From: the human T2T-CHM13v2.0 reference genome, Homo sapiens
Strand: one strand, 5' to 3'
DNA: 64,000 nucleotides
Assembly: GCF_009914755.1 (NCBI RefSeq)
Contig: NC_060944.1
Made by a program: the position numbers and the translations under genes. This document shows positions 1 to 62,986 of the stretch, piece by piece (position 1 is the first letter of the stretch; each line of letters opens with the position of its first letter). The notes beneath the pieces are model-generated. The model was not told where the DNA came from. It made no database searches and saw only the letters and a list, made by a program, of their open reading frames with translations.

Positions 1-123
1 GTGAAGCTCAATTTGGGCTGTGCCAGGTGGGCAGGAAGGGGGAAGGCTGATAATGGGAACAGAGAGGGGAAAGGCTTGAGCAGGAGAAGGGTCTCAGAGT
101 TCCTCCTTCTGCTCCTTATAGGC

Positions 124-18340
<18,217 letters not shown>

Positions 18341-18557
18341 GGCTGAGACATGGCCACCAGCCTTCCCTGTTGACTACTAGAGACCACCTGTCTACTCTGC
18401 CTCAATTTCCCTCCCAGTCTCTAGCTGATGTTGGTGACAGTAAAAATGCCCTCTGGCCCTGAAGCACTACTCCAAGTTTGGGGTGGGAACTGCCTGGCTA
18501 ATCATAGAACTGCCTCAGAGAGAGCTCTGGGGCCTCAGTAGCAAACCCTGAGCTTTC

Positions 18558-18563
18558 AATAAA
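18558..18563 (+). terminator. BPIFB3 polyadenylation signal
   Basis: AATAAA about 220 nt after the stop codon, followed by T/GT-rich sequence. Confidence 0.8.
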
Positions 18564-19354
18564 TGACTCCTGTATCTCGGTATCTCCTGGCTGGTTTATT
18601 CCCCAGTCACGTAGGACTTGACTTGGCCTTTGCCTCCAGTGCCCTCCTTAGCTCCAGGTAGGAGCTTCTGGGAGGTGAGGGGACTCAGGGCCTTGTCATT
18701 GTAGCTTTGAGTCCCAAACTGACCTTGTTGGCCTGGGCAGCCTCTGTGTCCTGTTCTGCCTTCCTCTCTGTCCCTGCCCCCCTTGCCTCCAGCTCTCTCT
18801 CTCTCTCTTTCTCTAAATACTTCTACTTTTCACTCTCTCTCTCTCTGAGTCTGCATTTTTCTCTGTTTCTGACTTTGGGATGCTTATCAGAAGTGACATC
18901 TGAGCTGAATTTTGAAGGGAGAATAGGAGCTTTCCAGGAAACAAAGGCACTAGCACCCCAGGAAGCAAGGATGAGTGAGACTTGTTCTTGCCCTGTGGTG
19001 TGGGGGGGTCCCTATTGGCTGCACATCAGACATGGACACAGCTCAGAACAGAGCTGTGCCAAACGCTCTTGGTGCAGATGGGGAGACTGAAGCCAGAGCA
19101 GGGCTTGGCTGGCCCTGGTCCACACAGCGGCAGAGTTGGGATGAGAGACTAGGGGTCCTGCCTCTAGGTCCTGGGCTTCTCCCCACTGCTTACGATGGGC
19201 ACCTTTGGTGAAAAATATCCCCAAGTTGGCACTTACAGATGGCCTGAGTGAAGAAGTGCCAACCAAGTTTTGATAACTGGCTCAGAGGATTTGAGGCTAG
19301 GCAATAGGTAGGGGAGACTTGGAGCTCATCTGAAGATTTATCCACAACTCATTC

Positions 19355-19790
19355 ATTCAGCCGACCAGCCAGCCAGCCAGCCTCCCGTCCATCCATCCAT
19401 CCATCCATCCATCCATCCATCCATCCATCCATCCCCCCTCCCATCCAGCCTCCCATCCATCCATCCACTCACCCTCCCATTTAGCCTCCTATTCAACCAT
19501 TCATCCACCCTCCCATCCAACTTTCTACCCATCCATTATTCTATCCACCCACCCACCCATTCTCCCATCCATCCATCCATCCATCTATCCATCCATCCAT
19601 CTATCCATCTATCCATCTATCCATCCGTCCATCCACTCATGCATGCATCCATCCATTCATGCATCCATCCATCCATCCATCCATGCATCCATCCATCTTC
19701 CCCCCTTCTTCCTTGCTTCCCTTCCTCCTTCCCTTCCTCTGTCCCACCCTCCCTTCCCTTTTCTCGTCCTTTCTTTTCATTCATCCACCC
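19355..19790. repeat. (TCCA)n low-complexity tract
   Basis: Direct reading. Confidence 0.9.
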
Positions 19791-22700
19791 TACATTTATT
19801 GGTGCCTGCTACATGCCAGTGCTGGGTGACATGCTCGGGTTTATCTTCCTGTGTCTGATTTCCAGACACTTCCAGTGCTACTGATTCCCATCATGGTTAA
19901 ATGAGTGGCTTGAGTTAGCTGTCCGTGTTCAAATCCCTTCCTGGCTTCTGGTTAGCCATGTGGCCTCAGGCAAGTCATTTCCTCTCCCTGAGCCTCAGTT
20001 TCTTCATCAGTAACTTGAGGATGTTCTATTATGGCTTTGAGGATTAAACCAGCACTCAGGATGGTGACCCATCTGTAAGAAGCCCCCAGTTCCAGTTAGC
20101 TCTTGTTACGGTTGCATTATTCTATCTCCTCTCCATTCACAGCCCCAGCTGTCCCTCCTCATCTCTCACAGGGAACACCCTTCCCTGACTCCCACCCTTC
20201 TCTCTTTCATCCCATCCCCCTCCTGCCCATCCTTGACCTCCTTTGACCGTCTCTCACTGTCACAGACAGCCCTGCAGTGGCTGGATTCCTGGCGCCAACA
20301 GGAAAGCCTCCAAGCTCCGAGGTTTGGCATTTAAGGCTGCCTGTGACCTGGCCTCAGCTGATTCCTCCTGGAGCATGCAGAGGGAGCAGAGCTGTCTCTG
20401 TGCCTCGGGCTCCTCGTCTGCGAAGTGGGAATATTATAGTATTTACTCACGGGTCATCTAGGGATGAAACCAGACAATTCTTGTAAAGTTCTGAGAAGAG
20501 TGCCTGGCACCTGGAAAACGAGTAACAATGTGCAGCCAGGCCTTTGCACGGCTCTTCCCTCTTCCTGGAACATTCCCTCTCCTCTCCTCCAAGTGTGCCT
20601 GGCAAACCCGTGCCATCCTTCATACACAGGACAGCGCCTCCCCGTGTGGCAGCAGGGCCCAGTATTGTATGGGCCACACTGGTCACTGCCTCAGTTTCAC
20701 TCTCCCACTTGCCCAAGAGCTCCTCAAGGTCAGGGACAGTGTCTGCTTCATCATGGTGAGTCCTGCAGCTGCAGAGAGTAGAGGTGAGAGCAGTTAACCT
20801 CTGATGAGTGCTTACTGTGTGCTGGATGCTACGTCAGATGCTTAGCATCCCTTAGTGCACTTAATTTCACAGCCCCCAGGATGGGTGGATATTATCATCC
20901 TGTTCTACATATAAGGAAACTGAAGCTCAGAGAAATGGAATCAGCCAGCTTCTAAGTGGCAGAAGCAGGATTTGAACCAGATCCCTCTGACTCGAATTCC
21001 AAAGTCTGGGCTTTCACTGCTATGCCAGAAAGTTCTTGCTGCATTTATTGCATGCTTACTAAGTGCCAGACACTGTTCTAAGTGCTTTAGGTACGTCATG
21101 TCATCAGCTTCTTGAATCAGGCCTGCTTTCTAGGAACTGTCTTCACCTTCATTATACAGTTGAGGAAACCGAGGCATAGAGAAGTTAAGTGGTATGCTCA
21201 AGGCCACACAGCTAGGTAGTGACAAGATTGAGATTTGAACCTAGTACCCAGTCTCTGACCCCCTGCCTCTGGACCCCAGTCTCTGAACTCCGCCCTTAGG
21301 GTGAGGAATCAAACAAGACTGAAGGGAGCCCCTTGCAGCCCTGGAGGGCTGACAGTTCATGGCAGGGGGGCAAGGGCTGAGTGGAGTTTTGGTGGTGGGT
21401 CTGATCTGTTTTCTAATCTCAGCAGCCCCAGTGTGACCCCCTGGCTCCTGTGTGGCTGAGTCACCTTGGAGGTGAGTCACCTCCCAGGGAATCTGGATGT
21501 CCTTCCAGCCGTCCCCCACTAGGTCCTTCCAGCTCCAGACAAAGGTACCTTTTGGAAGCTAAGCCCAGGTGATCTCCCCGGCGCCAGGGCTGCCCTAATC
21601 CTCTCAGGGTGGCCAGGAAGGACCCAGGGGACAGGCTGGCCTGAGGACTGAGAATGGGCACAGAACCTTGGGTGACTGGCACCACCTTCATGTGTGCACC
21701 GCCCTCTACAGTTTATAGTGTGCATTGGTTCCTGCCCTCTTAGGAGTGGGGAAAGGCACAGTTGCCCTCTTTGCATTGTATTCCATTTAAAACTGTCATA
21801 TATTTGTATCACAAACATTTTTATCACACTTACTAAGTGCCAGGCAATGGGGAACCACAACGACTGTAAACAGGGAAGACCCAGGAGCTGAGTTACTCAG
21901 ATGAGTAGCATCATTTTGAAATGTCCTTTCTAGTTTCCCCATTTTACAGGGGTGCAGACTGAGGCACTGAGAAAGAGTCATTGTCACAAGTTTATGCTGC
22001 TAGCAGGCTGGGCAGAACTTACCCCTACTCAGTGTCTGCTTTCATCAAGGGAAACTAAGGGGGGCTGCTGTTTACGGAGCTCCGAGGCTCCAGGGACATT
22101 CCACACATTTCCTATGTAACTCTCAAAACCCTCCTGGGAAAGTGTAATTATGCCCATTTTGCAGGTGGCCAGACGGTGGCCAGGGAGAAGTGATTGTTGA
22201 GGCTAAAAGGGCAGATGAATGTGGGAACGCAGGAGTGTGTGACTCTTGGAGTCCCTATTTCCCATTCCAGGAACCCCTCCAGCCCGCACAGGAGGCAATG
22301 AGGTGGTCTGGGCTGAAGCTACTTCCTCATGCCCCTCATCGCCCTCCAGACTTGCTGCCGTGTGGGACCCAGGATGATAAGGACGTAAATGCCACTCGCT
22401 GAGCCCAGCTGTGTGCAAGGCCCTGTTCCCAGAGCTTTGCAGGTCAGGACAGTTCCAATCACAATCTTACAACCAAGGAAACAGGGAGAACTGGCAGCAG
22501 AAGTCAAGCCCAGCAGCCAGCTCTGGAGCCTGTGCTCTTAACGGTTCCATCAATGCACCCACTGCAGATGGGGAAACTGAGTTCCAAGGTGGGACTGGCC
22601 CAGTGGCACAGAAGTGAGGGGTGACATCGGTTGAGCTTGGCAGGACTTATATCAATGACGCCTGCCTTAGAGTCCCCACTGCCTCCAGGGAGGAAGGAGG

Positions 22701-23289
22701 AGGCATCTCCTTGGGGAGTCGGGGGCAAAACACGTTTATTCCCAGTTTGACTTGAAAGCAGGCCTTGGTGGAGACAGAAATGTCTCCTGCCTCTCAGAAT
22801 TCACAGACGGGCAGGGTTGGAGCAGGGAGGAGGTGGCATTGATTAAACATGGAGGTAGGACTTGGGTTGGGGCTATGGGGTGGGAAGATAGGGAGCACTT
22901 TGTCCAGTGGAGAGCGAAAGATGAGTTAATTAATTCATTCACTTGTTCATTTGTTACACTGGCATCTATGCCTGTGCTGGCCTAGGAGTGGGGCACATAG
23001 CTGGTTCGCCTGGAGAAACAACACTTCACTATGGGCCCCAGGGATCTCTGGATGAGCCAGAGGAACTGTAGGGGCTGGGGGAAGCTTCCTGCAGCTGCTT
23101 ACCTTTCACCCTTAGAATCTGGAGAGGGCTTTGTAGACAGCAGGGACTGCACATGCAAAGGCCCAGAGGCAGGGAGCACAGGGGGTGATGAGGAGGGGAT
23201 GGAAGGAATGAGTAGCTCTGTGTGAAGAGAGGACTGGGATGTGTGTACGGAAGGCCTTGGATGCCAAGTGAAGTGGTCTGGGCTGTGTC

Positions 23290-23695
23290 CCAGCAGGTTT
23301 TGGAGGGTGCAACTGGGAAAAGGCAGACGGAACATTCTGGGGTGGTGGAAATGTTCTATATTGTGATAGGAGTGTGGGCTGCATGACCGTAAAAAATGGT
23401 CAAAACTCAGCAAATGAACATTTAAGATTTGTGCATGTCACTGTATTTAAAGATATAAAGAAAAGAATCTGAATGCCATGCAGGGTGAAGTGTTTAGTGG
23501 TAGTATACTGATGTCTGCAACTTTCAAATGCATAAAAAATAAAAGATGGACTAACAGATGGATGCAAATATGACAAGAATGTAAATGGTGGGTATAGTTG
23601 GTGGGAACAACGTGACAACCATGTGTGTCCGCTGTACATTTCCTTCACCTTTGCTATAGGTATGAAAATTTCATGAGGAAATAGTTGGGAAAAAC
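23290..23695 (+). mobile_element. Old L1 (L1M-type) 3' end fragment
   Basis: ttctggggtggtggaaatgttctatatt...gtcaaaactcagcaaatgaacatttaagatttgtgca. Confidence 0.65.
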
Positions 23696-23698
23696 CTT

Positions 23699-23793
23699 GT
23701 TGTATCTCATACATAGTAAACACTCAATAAACAGCAGCTATTGTTATTACTTTGGGACTATTATTTCAGACCCCTAAGAAATGAGTGAGGAAT
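23699..23793. repeat. Inverted repeat, left arm (partner 25190-25284)
   Basis: 95 bp, 5 mismatches and no gaps against the reverse complement of 25190-25284. Confidence 0.95.
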
Positions 23794-24351
23794 ATTTTTC
23801 AGATAAAAAAAAATGCACATTCGTGCACCAGTCCCAAGTTTGAGGAGCTGGATTCATATTCGTCTCCTTTAGTCCTAAAATCAGCCCTGTGAGGCAGGTA
23901 TTATACTCATTTGCCAGATGGAAAGAATGTGAGGCTCAGAGGAGGGAAGTGGCTGGCCCAAGGTCATACGGTGAGTTGGGGGTTGAGCAGGGTTTGAACC
24001 TGGGTCATCCTGATGCTGAGTCCAGCCTGGGCACCTCCTGTCTACCCAGATCATCTGGAATGGCTAGTGCCTGCCTTAGAGTTAGAAACTAGATGCATCT
24101 GGGGGTGATTCCAGTTCCCCAAGCTTGAGGCCTAGCTGGGGTCTCTGGGAATGTGCCCAGCCCAAGGGCTGATAAAACCCAGCTCATGTGACACCATCTG
24201 GGGCTGAGTGCAAGTCTTGGAATTAGCCACAAACCGCAAACCTTTATGGTTTTGGGGCTCAATGCCCAATTTGCAGAGCAAATCTGAATTCCGGTCTCTT
24301 GTAATTACACAGTGTTTCCCTCTCTGGGGTCTGGGCTCAGCCTCAGGCTGC

Positions 24352-24358
24352 TATATAA
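24352..24358 (+). promoter_or_regulatory. BPIFB4 TATA box
   Basis: TATATAA followed about 85 nt later by a strong donor GGG|gtaagg at 24444. Confidence 0.75.
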
Positions 24359-24379
24359 GACTGATCTGTGACCAGACTC

Positions 24380-24443
24380 AGCCAAAAGCAGAGGGGCTGG
24401 GGAACAGGACTTCTCAAGACTCAGCGGCAGGGACCTCCTAGGG
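24380..24443 (+). other. BPIFB4: BPIFB4 probable non-coding exon 1 (5' end approximate)
   Basis: Starts about 28 nt after the TATA box, contains no ATG, donor gtaagg at 24444. Confidence 0.65.
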
Positions 24444-25189
24444 GTAAGGAGGCGCACCTTGTCTACTCAGTGTCCGGCAGGGGAGGCACAGGCCTGGGAA
24501 GGTAATAAGGAGAGAGAGTCCCAGCCTGGAGATCCATCAGGATGGCCCCTCTCCAAGTTCAGGGGTCTTGTCTGTAGCATGGGCCTAGTCAGGAGAGCCT
24601 CTTGGGAATCAGCAAAAAGGCCTGGGTTATGCCAATTACATGCATGCGCAGAGCTGCACTCATCTTTCCCAGGGACGTTGGGTACCGAGGGCCTTTGCTA
24701 CCTCCTGGAGACTCCTCAGCTGTTTGCTGATGCCAGAAATCTTCCATCGGTGCCCATCTTTTTAACTGAAAGGGGTGATTCCTTTTTGAACACAGCTCTC
24801 TGGAAAGTGAGGTTAGGATGAGGTGAGGAAGCCAGAAAAAAATTATTGCATATAGTAGTCCTTTATATTCTAGTGTAAATGAATGCCTCTAATATTCTTC
24901 TGGGAGCAGATAGGAGTAGGGAAAGAATTTGGGGGGCGCTGTGAAGTCCAAGAGAAATGGGGACAGAAAAAAGAGGAGAGTGTGCCTAAACAAAGGTGGC
25001 TGAAACCAACAATTTCTTGGCTCAGATGAGAGGCCATGCCCTGTGCTGACTCTCTGAGGTTGGTGGATGTGTAGCCGGGGCTGATGGAGTGAGAGAAGTG
25101 GATGAGGGCACAAAAGGAGCAAAAGAAAGTTTCCCAGAGGCTATGCAGCTCGTTCCAAAATGCATGTTTCACCTCCCCAATCTCATAAC

Positions 25190-25284
25190 ATTCCTCACCC
25201 ACTTCTTAGGGGTCTGAAATAACAGTCCCAAAGTAATAACAATAGCTGCTCTTTATTGAGTGTCTACTATGTATGAGATACAAC
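25190..25284. repeat. Inverted repeat, right arm (partner 23699-23793)
   Basis: See left arm. Confidence 0.95.
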
Positions 25285-25439
25285 TTGTTTGTGATTTGGG
25301 AGCAGAAGTTCAAAAAGGTAAAGTCCCTTTCCTAAGCATTAAGACCCAGATATCTCTGACCTAGAGCCATTAATATTAACCACGTGGTGTAGAACTGACT
25401 CCTCCAAAGAGATGGGAAGAGTGTTTGCTGGTGAGCTGG

Positions 25440-25890
25440 ATGTGTGGAAGGGTGGCTAGATGAATGCATTGATGAGTAGATAAACTGATGGAAAGATGAA
25501 TGGATGGATGGATGGATAGCTGGGTGGATGGATGGTTGGTTGGATAGATGGATGGGCAGGAGGATATATGGCTTGCCAGCTGTTTGGATGACAGATGGAT
25601 GATAGATATATGGGAAGATGGATGGATGGTGGGATGGGTGGACAGATTAATAAATAGAGGGAGGAGAATGAGTTGATGAGTGGATGGATGGTTGGTTGGA
25701 TGGATGGTTGGTTGGATGGATAGATATATGGCTTGCTGGGTGTTTCCATGACAGATGGGTAATAGATAGATGGAAAGATAGTAGGTTGAATGTATGGGTG
25801 AATAGGAGAATAAATACGAAGGGGAGAATGAGTAGATGAGTAGATGGGTGAGTGATGTAGAGGAATGAGTAGATGAGTAGATGGGTAGAT
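25440..25890. repeat. (TGGA)n low-complexity tract with a degenerate ~160-bp internal duplication
   Basis: gatatatggcttgc...atgacagatgg occurs twice. Confidence 0.85.
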
Positions 25891-26055
25891 GCTGGAGAGA
25901 GTTCCTTAGAACCTGCGAGCTCCCAGTTTGGTGTTTTTGTTGGAATCCCTATTACCCATCTCCCTGATGCTCAATTTGTCAATTCCATCTTGGGAGATAA
26001 TTAGACATCCATTCTCTGAAACAGTGTGTTTAATGGGTCTGCTTTGTGTCACCAG

Positions 26056-26113
26056 ATTCATTTCAATTTGAAAAACTCAAAAGGTAGTATCTGGAATTCT
26101 GGACCCTGCCTTA
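26056..26113 (+). other. Possible small 5'UTR exon of BPIFB4
   Basis: ctttgtgtcaccag| acceptor; candidate donors at 26084 (gtagta) or 26114 (gtatgt). Unverified. Confidence 0.3.
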
Positions 26114-26267
26114 GTATGTGACCTTGGCTGGTTTCCCCTCTCTCTGGGTCCCAGGGTCCTGAGATGACTCTTGGCTGGGGCTGCCTAGTGCTACCTGCTG
26201 GCCAGGGTGGTGGCGCCCAGCCACATCTGCATCTGCACTTTCTCCTCCACAGGGAAGCAGTGCCAGC

Positions 26268-56180
<29,913 letters not shown>

Positions 56181-56469
56181 GTGACAGAGGCAGAGATGCT
56201 GCTGCAACTGGAAGAAGCTGGAACCAGTCCCAGAGAGGCTCGGCCTGGAAACAGTCCCCTGCCCAGAGTCCCCTCAGCCTCCATGACAGGTCCCTCCCTG
56301 GCCCCCCAACCCTCTTCCTCCCTTGCCCCAACCCTGAGAAAGGGTCCAGCCACTACCCTGTTGGCAAACATTCCCTTCCATGGTCAGCCTGCCAGGAGGA
56401 GGGGAGTCACCTTGGGGCTGGAGGCCTCTCAGACCCCATCCTGACAGCAGGTTGAGTATTCCCACTTTC

Positions 56470-56475
56470 AATAAA
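56470..56475 (+). terminator. BPIFB4 polyadenylation signal
   Basis: AATAAA about 290 nt after the stop codon, with a GT-rich tract downstream. Confidence 0.85.
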
Positions 56476-58073
56476 AGACTCCACTTTCCCGGCACTTGTG
56501 ACGAGTTTCCATGAAGGACCCTCCCTCAGGGTCTGGATGGTTTGGGTTTTTTTCCCTCTTTGGCTGCGCCCGGGCACTTGGCAGTTGTAGCTACAACTGC
56601 GGGAATGATGGTCCCTCTGGGGACAGCGGGGGAAGCAACCTGTCTCTTCATATTAAAACAACCACACAGCATTCTATGGAGAGGGTCCCCTGCCACCAGG
56701 ACATTTTCGTACTTCACTACTCTCAACTCTGGCATCAGGAGGTCATTAAAGTGCAGGAGTTTTGGAGTAGGGAGGATGAGGTTCAAATCCCAACTCTGTC
56801 ACTTGGTTGTGTGACTTGATGAGGTCCTTAGCCTTTCTGAATCTCAATTTTCCCATCTGTAAAATGGATAATAGTAATAATTATTATACTCCAAAATGAG
56901 TGTGAGGATATTAAATAAGATCAGGTATTTCTGAGGCACTTAACACTGAGGCTGACATGCAGTAGGTGCTCAATATGTGCTCACTGTGGTTAGTAACAAA
57001 GTCCACTAATTCCTAAAGTGTGAGCTTGTGGAACCCCTTGCCTCTAGTCAGAGGTAAACTGAGGACAAGGAGGGGTCCTTGGCATGTCTCTTGGCCGAGA
57101 CAGTGCCCAGGGGACCCCTCCTAGGGACAGTGCCACATCTCCCTGTAGAGCCATAGGGCACATTCAGAGCAGTTTAGGAGAGTTATTTGATCCCAGCCTT
57201 GAAGGCGTGCAGAAATACTGAAGTCCCTTTTACATAATTAAGGATTTTTTTTTCCTCCTAGTGATTTTTAAAAAGACTTTTTTTTATGTCTCTGTTGTTT
57301 TCTTTTACTTAAATATCAGGAATCTAAGCTACTGGGTTGTCGGGTTCAATAGTAGATTTCTGGCTTCACCATCCATCCATTCTTGCATTCACTGACTGTC
57401 TAGCAATGATTTAGGGACTGGGATTTCTACACTTGACAAGGGATACAGGGCTTCCTCATGAAGGTTAGGTTCTAGTCCATGAGACAGACTTTAAGTAATT
57501 ACGGCCTAAGTAAACAATAACGAGTAAATCAATAAACAGAGGTCATTTGAGATTGTCATGGGGGCTATAAAGGGAATAAACAGGGACTCCTCTTGGGGAG
57601 GGAAGGGGAAAGGAGGTGGCACCATTGGGTGGTCAGGGAAGGCGTCTCTGAGGAGGAAACACATCATCAGAGACCCCTCTGGGGGCCTTCACAGCCCACC
57701 ACCCTTCCCTCCGCAGCTTCCTGGGTCTAGGTGCCTCCTGGTCTCCTTGGTAACGGCCAAACCCTAACCCCTTGGAGGAGGAAGGGGCTCAGAAAGAAGC
57801 AGGGTGGGACTTCCTGTCCAGCCTGCCCAGGGAAGGGCTAAAGGGGAGGAAGTCCTTACTTAGAGGGTGGTGCTTGGGGAGGAGGCTGCTCCTTTCCTGT
57901 CATGGCTGCCCTCTCTTTCCTTCCACTGTGTTAGAACCACCTGCTATAAATCCTCATGAATTCATCCATTTGTTTCCATCCCTGCACCACCCTGGTTCCA
58001 CTCCCATCATCTCTCCCCTGGGCCACTGCTCCAGCCTCCCCAGTGCTCCCCCACCTTCCACTCCTGCTCTGAC

Positions 58074-58611
58074 TGATGGAGGGCAGGTGAGCCCCAGAAT
58101 TGGGGCTTATCCCAGGCGGGTTCTTGGCTTCTCCCAGGAAAGAATTCAAGGGCGAGCTGGTGGTGTCAGACAGCAACTTTTACTGAAGCAGCAATGCATG
58201 GCAGCAGAGGGACTGCTCCTTGCAGAGCAAGGCTACCCCACAGGCAGTGTGTGCAGAGGAGCAGCGGATAGGCTTTTGGCAGCTGTATGTCAACCCACTT
58301 TTAATTACATGCTAGTTAAGAGGTGAGTTATTTGGAACTTTCTGGGAAAAGAGCTGGAAGTTTCTGGAACCATTTAAGTAACTTCTGAGTTGTTGCCATG
58401 GCCCATTGCCATGGCATTTGTAAACTGTCGTGGCCCAGTGGGAGTGTCCTTATGCAGTGAGGGCAACTAGAGTCGCCTTCGTGGCCATCTGCTGGTTTTC
58501 CCTGGCTTCCTCACTGCACCCTCTTTTGAACAAATCCTGCTCTGATTAGGAGGGTAATGATCAAAGTTATGACCAGTGCTCGGAAAACAAGTCCTGGTGA
58601 TCTCCTACCTC
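58074..58611 (-). mobile_element. Solo LTR, ERVL class (MER54-like; name uncertain)
   Basis: caggtgagccccagaattggggctta...ggaaagaattcaagggcgagc...aagtcctggtgatctcctacctc. Confidence 0.55.
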
Positions 58612-58996
58612 TGTACCATCTATTCTCCAGTCAGCTGTAACAGGTCTGGATTTTTAAAACTGCAGATCCAATCACTTCCCTCCCCAGGTTTTCCTTCCGT
58701 GAGCTTTTCATGGGTGCAGAGCAAAATCCAGACCCTCACCACTGCCCACAAGGTCCTGCAGGGTCTTCTCCCATCCCCATTCCCCAGCCCACCTCTCCCT
58801 AGTCCTCTGCTGAAGAAGGGAAAGTGAAGCCCTCCACGGGGCCCTCCCACCCTTTCCTCAGGAGGCTTCACACCAACTTATGTCGGACATCTTAAAACAT
58901 ACCCACATCCTTTAACAAGTTTGATTTATTCTGCTATTCAGTTTTTGAGAGGATTTTTGAAACTTAAAAAAAAGTTTTGGCATTATAAATAACTCA

Positions 58997-59560
<564 letters not shown>

Positions 59561-59620
59561 AGATCACGACATTGCACTCTAGCCTGGGTGACAGAGTGAG
59601 ACTCCATCTCAAAAAAAAAA
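59561..59620 (+). mobile_element. Alu 3' tail fragment
   Basis: agatcacgacattgcactctagcctgggtgacagagtgagactccatctc polyA. Confidence 0.85.
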
Positions 59621-59661
59621 GAACAAGGCTAATCTTTCCTGAACATTAAAACTTTGCACCC

Positions 59662-61224
59662 GGTGCTCTCCCTCTCCCTCTCCCTCCCCCTCCCCCTCCC
59701 CCTCTCCCCACGGTCTCCCTCTCCCTCTCTTTCCAGGGTCTCCCTCTGATGCCGAGCCGAAGCTGGACTGTACTGCTGCCATCTCGGCTCACTGCAGCCT
59801 CCCTGCCTGATTCTCCTGCCTCAGCCCGCCCAGTGCCTGCTGTTGCAGGCGCGCGCCGCCACGCCTGACTGGTTTTCGTACTTTTTTGGTGCAGACGGGG
59901 TTTCGCTGTGTTGGCCGGGCTGGTCTCCAGCTCCTAACCGCGAGTGATCCGCCAGCCTCGGCCTCCCGAGGTGCCGGGATTGCAGACGGAGTCTGGTTCA
60001 CTCAGTGCTCAATGGTGCCCAGGCTGGAGTGCAGTGGCGTGATCTCGGCTTGCTACAACCTCCACCTCCCAGCCGCCTGCCTTGGCCTCCCAAAGTGCCG
60101 AGATTGCAGCCTCTGCCCAGCCGCCACCCCATCTGGGAAGTGAGGAGCGTCTCTGCCTGGCCGCCCATCGTCTGGGACGTGAGGAGCCCCTCTGCCTGGC
60201 TGCCCAGTCTGGAAAGTGAGGAGCGTCTCTGCCCGGCCGCCATCCCATCTGGGAAGTGAAGAGCACCTCTTCCCGGCCGCCATCCCATCTAGGAAGTGAG
60301 GAGCGTCTCTGCCCGGCGCCCATCGTCTGAGATGTGGGGAGCGCCTCTGCCCCGCCGCCCCGTCTGGGATGTGAGGAGCGCCTCTGCCCGGCCGAGACCC
60401 CGTCTGGGAGGTGAGGAGCGTCTCTGCCCGGCCGCCCCGTCTGAGAAGTGAGGAGACCCTCCGCGCGGCAGCCACCCCGTCTGGGAAGTGAGGAGCGTCT
60501 CCGCCCGGCAGCCACCCTGTCCGGGAGGGAGATGGGGGTCAGCCCCCGCCAGGCCAGCTGCCCCGTCCGGGAGGGAGGTGGGGGGGTCAGCCCCCTGCCC
60601 GGCCAGCCGCCCCGTCCGGGAGGTGAGGGGCGCCTCTGCCCAGCCGCCCCTACTGGGAGGTGAGGAGCCCCTCTGCCCGGCCACCACCCCGTCTGGGAGG
60701 TGTACCCAACAGCTCATTGAGAACGGGCCAGGATGACAATGGCGGTTTTGTGGAATAGAGAGGGGGGGAAAGGTGGGAAAAAGATTGAGAAATCGGATGG
60801 TTGCCGTGTCTGTGTAGAAAGAAGTAGACATGGGAGACTTTTCATTTAGTTCTGTACTAGGAAAAATTCTTCTGCCTTGGGAAACTGTTGATCTGTGACC
60901 TTACCCCCAACCCTGTGCTCTCTGAAACATGTGCTGTGTCCACTCAGGGTTAAATGGATTAAGGGCGGTGCAAGATGTGCTTTGTTAAACAGATGCTTGA
61001 AGGCAGCATGCTCGTTAAGAGTCATCACCACTCCCTAATCTCAAGTACCCAGGGACACAAACACTGCGGAAGGCCGCAGGGTCCTCTGCCTAGGAAAACC
61101 AGAGACCTTTGTTCACTTGTTTATCTGCTGACCTTCCCTCCACTATTGTCCTGTGACCCTGCCAAATCCCCCTCTGCGAGAAACACCCAAGAATGATCAA
61201 TAAAAAAACAAAACAAAACAAAAA
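59662..61224 (+). mobile_element. Full-length SVA retrotransposon
   Basis: (CCCTCT)n head, antisense Alu-like region, GC-rich VNTR, SINE-R, AATAAA at 61199, polyA; perfect 14-bp TSD aaaactttgcaccc at 59648-59661 and 61225-61238. Confidence 0.97.
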
Positions 61225-61238
61225 AAAACTTTGCACCC

Positions 61239-62986
<1,748 letters not shown>

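Noticed and set aside
1-123. N-terminal extension of BPIFB3 implied by ORF 1..273
   Set aside because: GTG at the window edge. The region ends in a pyrimidine tract plus AG, so it is more likely intron or UTR.
18600-23600. Additional gene or pseudogene between BPIFB3 and BPIFB4
   Set aside because: Only MIR/L2/L1 fragments and simple repeats were recognised, with no BPI-like exons.
59789-61196. Several overlapping Arg/Gly-rich ORFs
   Set aside because: Artefacts of the SVA Alu-like and VNTR regions.
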